Below, piece by piece: positions 60,812 through 64,000 of a stretch of DNA of 64,000 nt (the first letter of the stretch is position 1; each line of letters opens with the position of its first letter). The notes under the pieces were generated by a model. The model had not been told where the DNA came from and searched no databases. It saw only the letters and a list, made by a program, of their open reading frames with translations. The DNA comes from Paraphysomonas bandaiensis (Eukaryota; Protista; Chrysophyceae): positions 62,001 through 126,000 of the forward strand of contig CBFFRP010000066.1 of NCBI GenBank assembly GCA_965644295.1, written 5' to 3'. Made by a program: the position numbers and the translations under genes.

Positions 60812-62869
60812 TAGAGTTGTCATAAGAATTCTTCTGAGCCATAAGCATCAGTTTAAATGCTTGTTAGTAACAGGTTCATAAAAAGGAAAAGACATTATGA
60901 GAGTACTACTGACTGATACTCATGCTGTACACAATTATTGCTTACTGTAATATTATAATTACCATCACGATTGTGAATTGTGACCCCTTGACCACTTACT
61001 CTGTTGGTGACGAAGTTGGAAAATTTTAATTTTGGCCCTTTTTGGCCCTCGGCCCGCATTTGGCCCTCTACTACAACTAACAATAATAACAATAATTCTT
61101 AATTAAAAACACACATAACACACACTACAACTACAAGCAACAATAACGCACAAAGCAAAGGGCAGTATTACGCACAAAGCAAAGGGTCAAATTTAGCAAG
61201 AGTTATTAATATCTTAAGCAAGAGCAACTTTTTTACCAAAACATTTTTCGGGGCTGGGGGCTCCACACGCTTCGAGTCTACGAGCCGGCGTCCACTGCCC
61301 CCAGGCCCCCGCCCCTAAACAACGCCGGGGCGCCTGAGCCCTGCCGGCGGCAATACAGCATGTCTCAATAGCATGAATCCTTACATCACAAGACATAACT
61401 GACGGATACGCAACCACCAAAAAACCTCATAGGACAAACCGGTGGACGTATGACTCCGACGTTTCAGCAAGTCTCACCATAGGCAACACATCTGAAAGAT
61501 CTTCTGTCTCTGATAATAGCACGTATGATTTCGTATCCTCGTCACTGAGATCAATCACACCACATCATTCAACTTCAACGCTAAGTCGCGAGCACCCTGG
61601 CTGTCAGGAAGAATGGAGTGGGTTAGGGTTAGCGGATGGAATATTTGACCAGTCCACCAATCAATATATTGTACAATGTATTGCAATACAATATATTATT
61701 CCCTATCCCTGGGGTAAACTATTTCCTATACACACTGACTGCATCTTGTGTATCAGAGTCATGCAGCAGAAGTTGTCTCGGTGTAAGATCGGAACTTCTT
61801 ATATGCCACATACGGCAGAGTAACTGCTGCGTAAGTGTTCTGGATTGAGAGTAATGCTCTTAGGGTGCAATGCGCAGGTAATCAACACTGGCCAACGGTG
61901 GTGCCCCATCCAGAGCTAGACTTCCAGCGACTCGCCAGGTATGGTAGATATGAAACATCTACGTGTATATTACACCCCCTATATGGTGACATGAAAGGTG
62001 GATGTAGCCGCTACAAGGCTGCTGCAGAGAAGGTTCAGGAACTGGTTCAGAAGCACTTTTCTATTGAGGTTCACCTGCTGGCAGTAACTGTGTATGTGAT
62101 GGTACCGTACCTGTGATCCTGTGCTTCTAAGCCACTCGTTCATACATACATCAACCCTCTTGCTATCATCTCAGCTCAGTAATCACAGAGTGCGAAGGGT
62201 ACAGTTGGGATTGCATTATATACCACTATATTGTCATCTTCTACACTGGCCCGTAAAGTATGAACACCCCCGTATACATGCACAGCAGTATATCCATATG
62301 ATTCTAGTACGAAGTGTGGTATTACAAACCCCTGTTTTTATTGGATTGTGTAATTGGAAACCTCTGTTTTTAAAATTGAGCGAAGTGTGTTTCTGGAAAC
62401 CCCTGTTTTTATTTGATTGTGTTATTGGAAATCCCTGTTTTTGTAGTATCACCCATACAAACAACAGCGATTTTGAGATTTCTCGAAACTACGAGAACTT
62501 GGTGAAATTTCAGTTTTTCAATGCTAATAACAACACAACATTTCGTACAACGCTGTGTTACTGAAGTGTTTAGTGGCTGTAGCTGTGCAGATGAGGAGAG
62601 AAGGCTTCGAAGATATGAAGTGAAGTGAAGTGAAGTGAAGTGAAGTGAGAAGTACAAAACTTCACTTTTATACAGTCAGAATACCATAAAATACGTAGAA
62701 GGTTAAGATACTAGTGGAATCAGAACATGCAGAACCCCCAACACACTCCTCGAGCTCAGCTGACCAGCCTGATGTGGATAGTCCGCCATTCCATCACTGC
62801 ACTCGGAGACCTTCATAGTCAGCCATACTGTGGAACCATACGCAGACTTGAACTTGTCGAAACCATAAT

Positions 62870-64000
62870 ATGGATATGCATGTGATCATCATTGCAATCC
62901 ATGCACTAACCACAGCAGCCCAGACCTACTTGGGTTCATACGATACACCTCATCTTGCCATTGATGTGCATGTGGTGAATGAGGTGGCGTATGTAGCTGA
63001 TGGTTCTTCAGGATTGCTGATTATCGATGTGAGTGATTCCACCAGCCCATCGCTACTGGGCTCTTACGATACACCTGGTTATGCCGAGGGGGTGTATGTA
63101 CTGAATGAGGTGGCGTATGTTGCTGATTGGTATTCAGGATTGCAGATTATTAATGTGAGTGATTCGACCAGTCCATCTCTACTGGGTTCATACGATACAC
63201 CTGGTATTGCCAATGCGGTGTATGTGTTGAATGACGTGGCGTATGTTACTGATGGTGCTTCAGGATTGCAGATTATTAACGTGAGTGACTCGACCAGCCC
63301 ATTGCAACTGGGTTCTTACGATACACCTGGTAGTGCCCGTGGGGCGTATGTGGTGAATGACATGGCGTATGTTGCCGATTATACCGCAGGATTGCTGATT
63401 ATTGACGTGAGTGATTCGACCAACCCATTGCTCTTGGGTTCTTACGATACACCTCATACTGCCTTTGGGGTGTATGTGGTGAATGACGTGGCGTATGTTG
63501 CTGATGCATATTCAGGATTGCTGATTATTGACGTGAGTGATTCGACCAGTCCGTTGTTATTGGGTTCTTACGATACACCTTATGAGGCCTTCTGGGTATA
63601 TGTGGTGAATGAGGTGGCGTATGTTGCTGATGCATCTTCAGGATTGCAGATTATTGACGTGAGTGATTCGACCAGCCCATATCTATTGGGTTCATACGAT
63701 ACACCTCATTTTGCATTTGTGGTGCATGTGGTGAATGAGGTGGCGTATGTTGCTGATGGTTATTCAGGATTGCAGATTATTGCCGTGAGCGATTCAATTC
63801 CGTCATCGATTCCCACTTTGCAGCCAACCACGTCAATCCCCTCTGCAATTCCTTCAGAGATTCCTACTTTGCAGCCAACCACGTCAATCCCCTCTGCAAT
63901 TCCTTCAGAGATTCCTACTTTGCAGCCGACCACGTCGATTCCTTCATCGGTTCCCACTTTGCAGCCAACCACGTCAATTCCCTCATTGTACCCCACTTTG
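62870..64000 (+). CDS. LVIVD receptor G (partial; runs off the window), a recent duplicate of F
   Basis: ATG at 62870 (MDMHVIII...), open to the window end; not listed in the ORF track. Confidence 0.9.
   Translation, partial: MDMHVIIIAIHALTTAAQTYLGSYDTPHLAIDVHVVNEVAYVADGSSGLLIIDVSDSTSPSLLGSYDTPGYAEGVYVLNEVAYVADWYSGLQIINVSDSTSPSLLGSYDTPGIANAVYVLNDVAYVTDGASGLQIINVSDSTSPLQLGSYDTPGSARGAYVVNDMAYVADYTAGLLIIDVSDSTNPLLLGSYDTPHTAFGVYVVNDVAYVADAYSGLLIIDVSDSTSPLLLGSYDTPYEAFWVYVVNEVAYVADASSGLQIIDVSDSTSPYLLGSYDTPHFAFVVHVVNEVAYVADGYSGLQIIAVSDSIPSSIPTLQPTTSIPSAIPSEIPTLQPTTSIPSAIPSEIPTLQPTTSIPSSVPTLQPTTSIPSLYPTL

Larger units (their letters stand above)
57362..64000. repeat. Recent segmental duplication of the upstream region plus LVIVD gene (57362 onward versus 61712 onward; ATG offset 4368)
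   Basis: Near-identical 1.1-kb upstream regions, and propeller exons that look identical apart from codon 2. Confidence 0.92.

Noticed and set aside
61621-61632. Telomeric repeat
   Set aside because: Only about two TTAGGG-like units, which is too short to support the call.
61720-62116. Possible hAT transposase remnant (HTAE..., CILH...KVQELV) in the upstream repeat unit
   Set aside because: It is fragmented across frames and the motifs are too weak to call without an HMM search.
39875-64000. A complete diversity-generating retroelement
   Set aside because: No reverse transcriptase or adenine-rich template repeat is seen in the window; only the codon pattern is reminiscent.
39875-64000. Bacterial contamination or chimeric contig as the source of the LVIVD array
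   Set aside because: The same MITE A, family C and family D repeats occur in both the array and the intron-containing left half.

Overview
This is AT-rich eukaryotic nuclear DNA with GT-AG introns. A stramenopile (chrysophyte-like) origin is my inference from the eL19 sequence, the PTSQPT-type stalks and the Crinkler-like genes. The left 39 kb holds ordinary genes: a METTL21-like methyltransferase, a sulfotransferase, RPL19, a BTB protein, TesB/ACOT8, a MAP2K, a SMYD-like SET protein and a choice-of-anchor B propeller. It also holds a 3x 2.6-kb tandem repeat, several MITE/TIR elements, and two Crinkler-like genes that share one coiled-coil header exon but carry unrelated C-terminal enzymes (trypsin-like protease versus PD-(D/E)xK nuclease-like plus kinase). 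The trypsin-like exon is missing from the ORF track. The right 25 kb is a tandem array of seven intronless paralogues: four complete, one running off the window, and two broken by insertions. They encode signal peptide, 42-aa LVIVD beta-propeller repeats, a variable-length Pro/Ser/Thr stalk, a CUB domain, a TM helix and a PPxY-bearing tail. The 126-bp repeats have a near-invariant framework and five hypervariable codons per repeat, and they appear to be shuffled within and between genes. This array looks like a diversifying cell-surface recognition receptor system and is the main candidate for a novel system.
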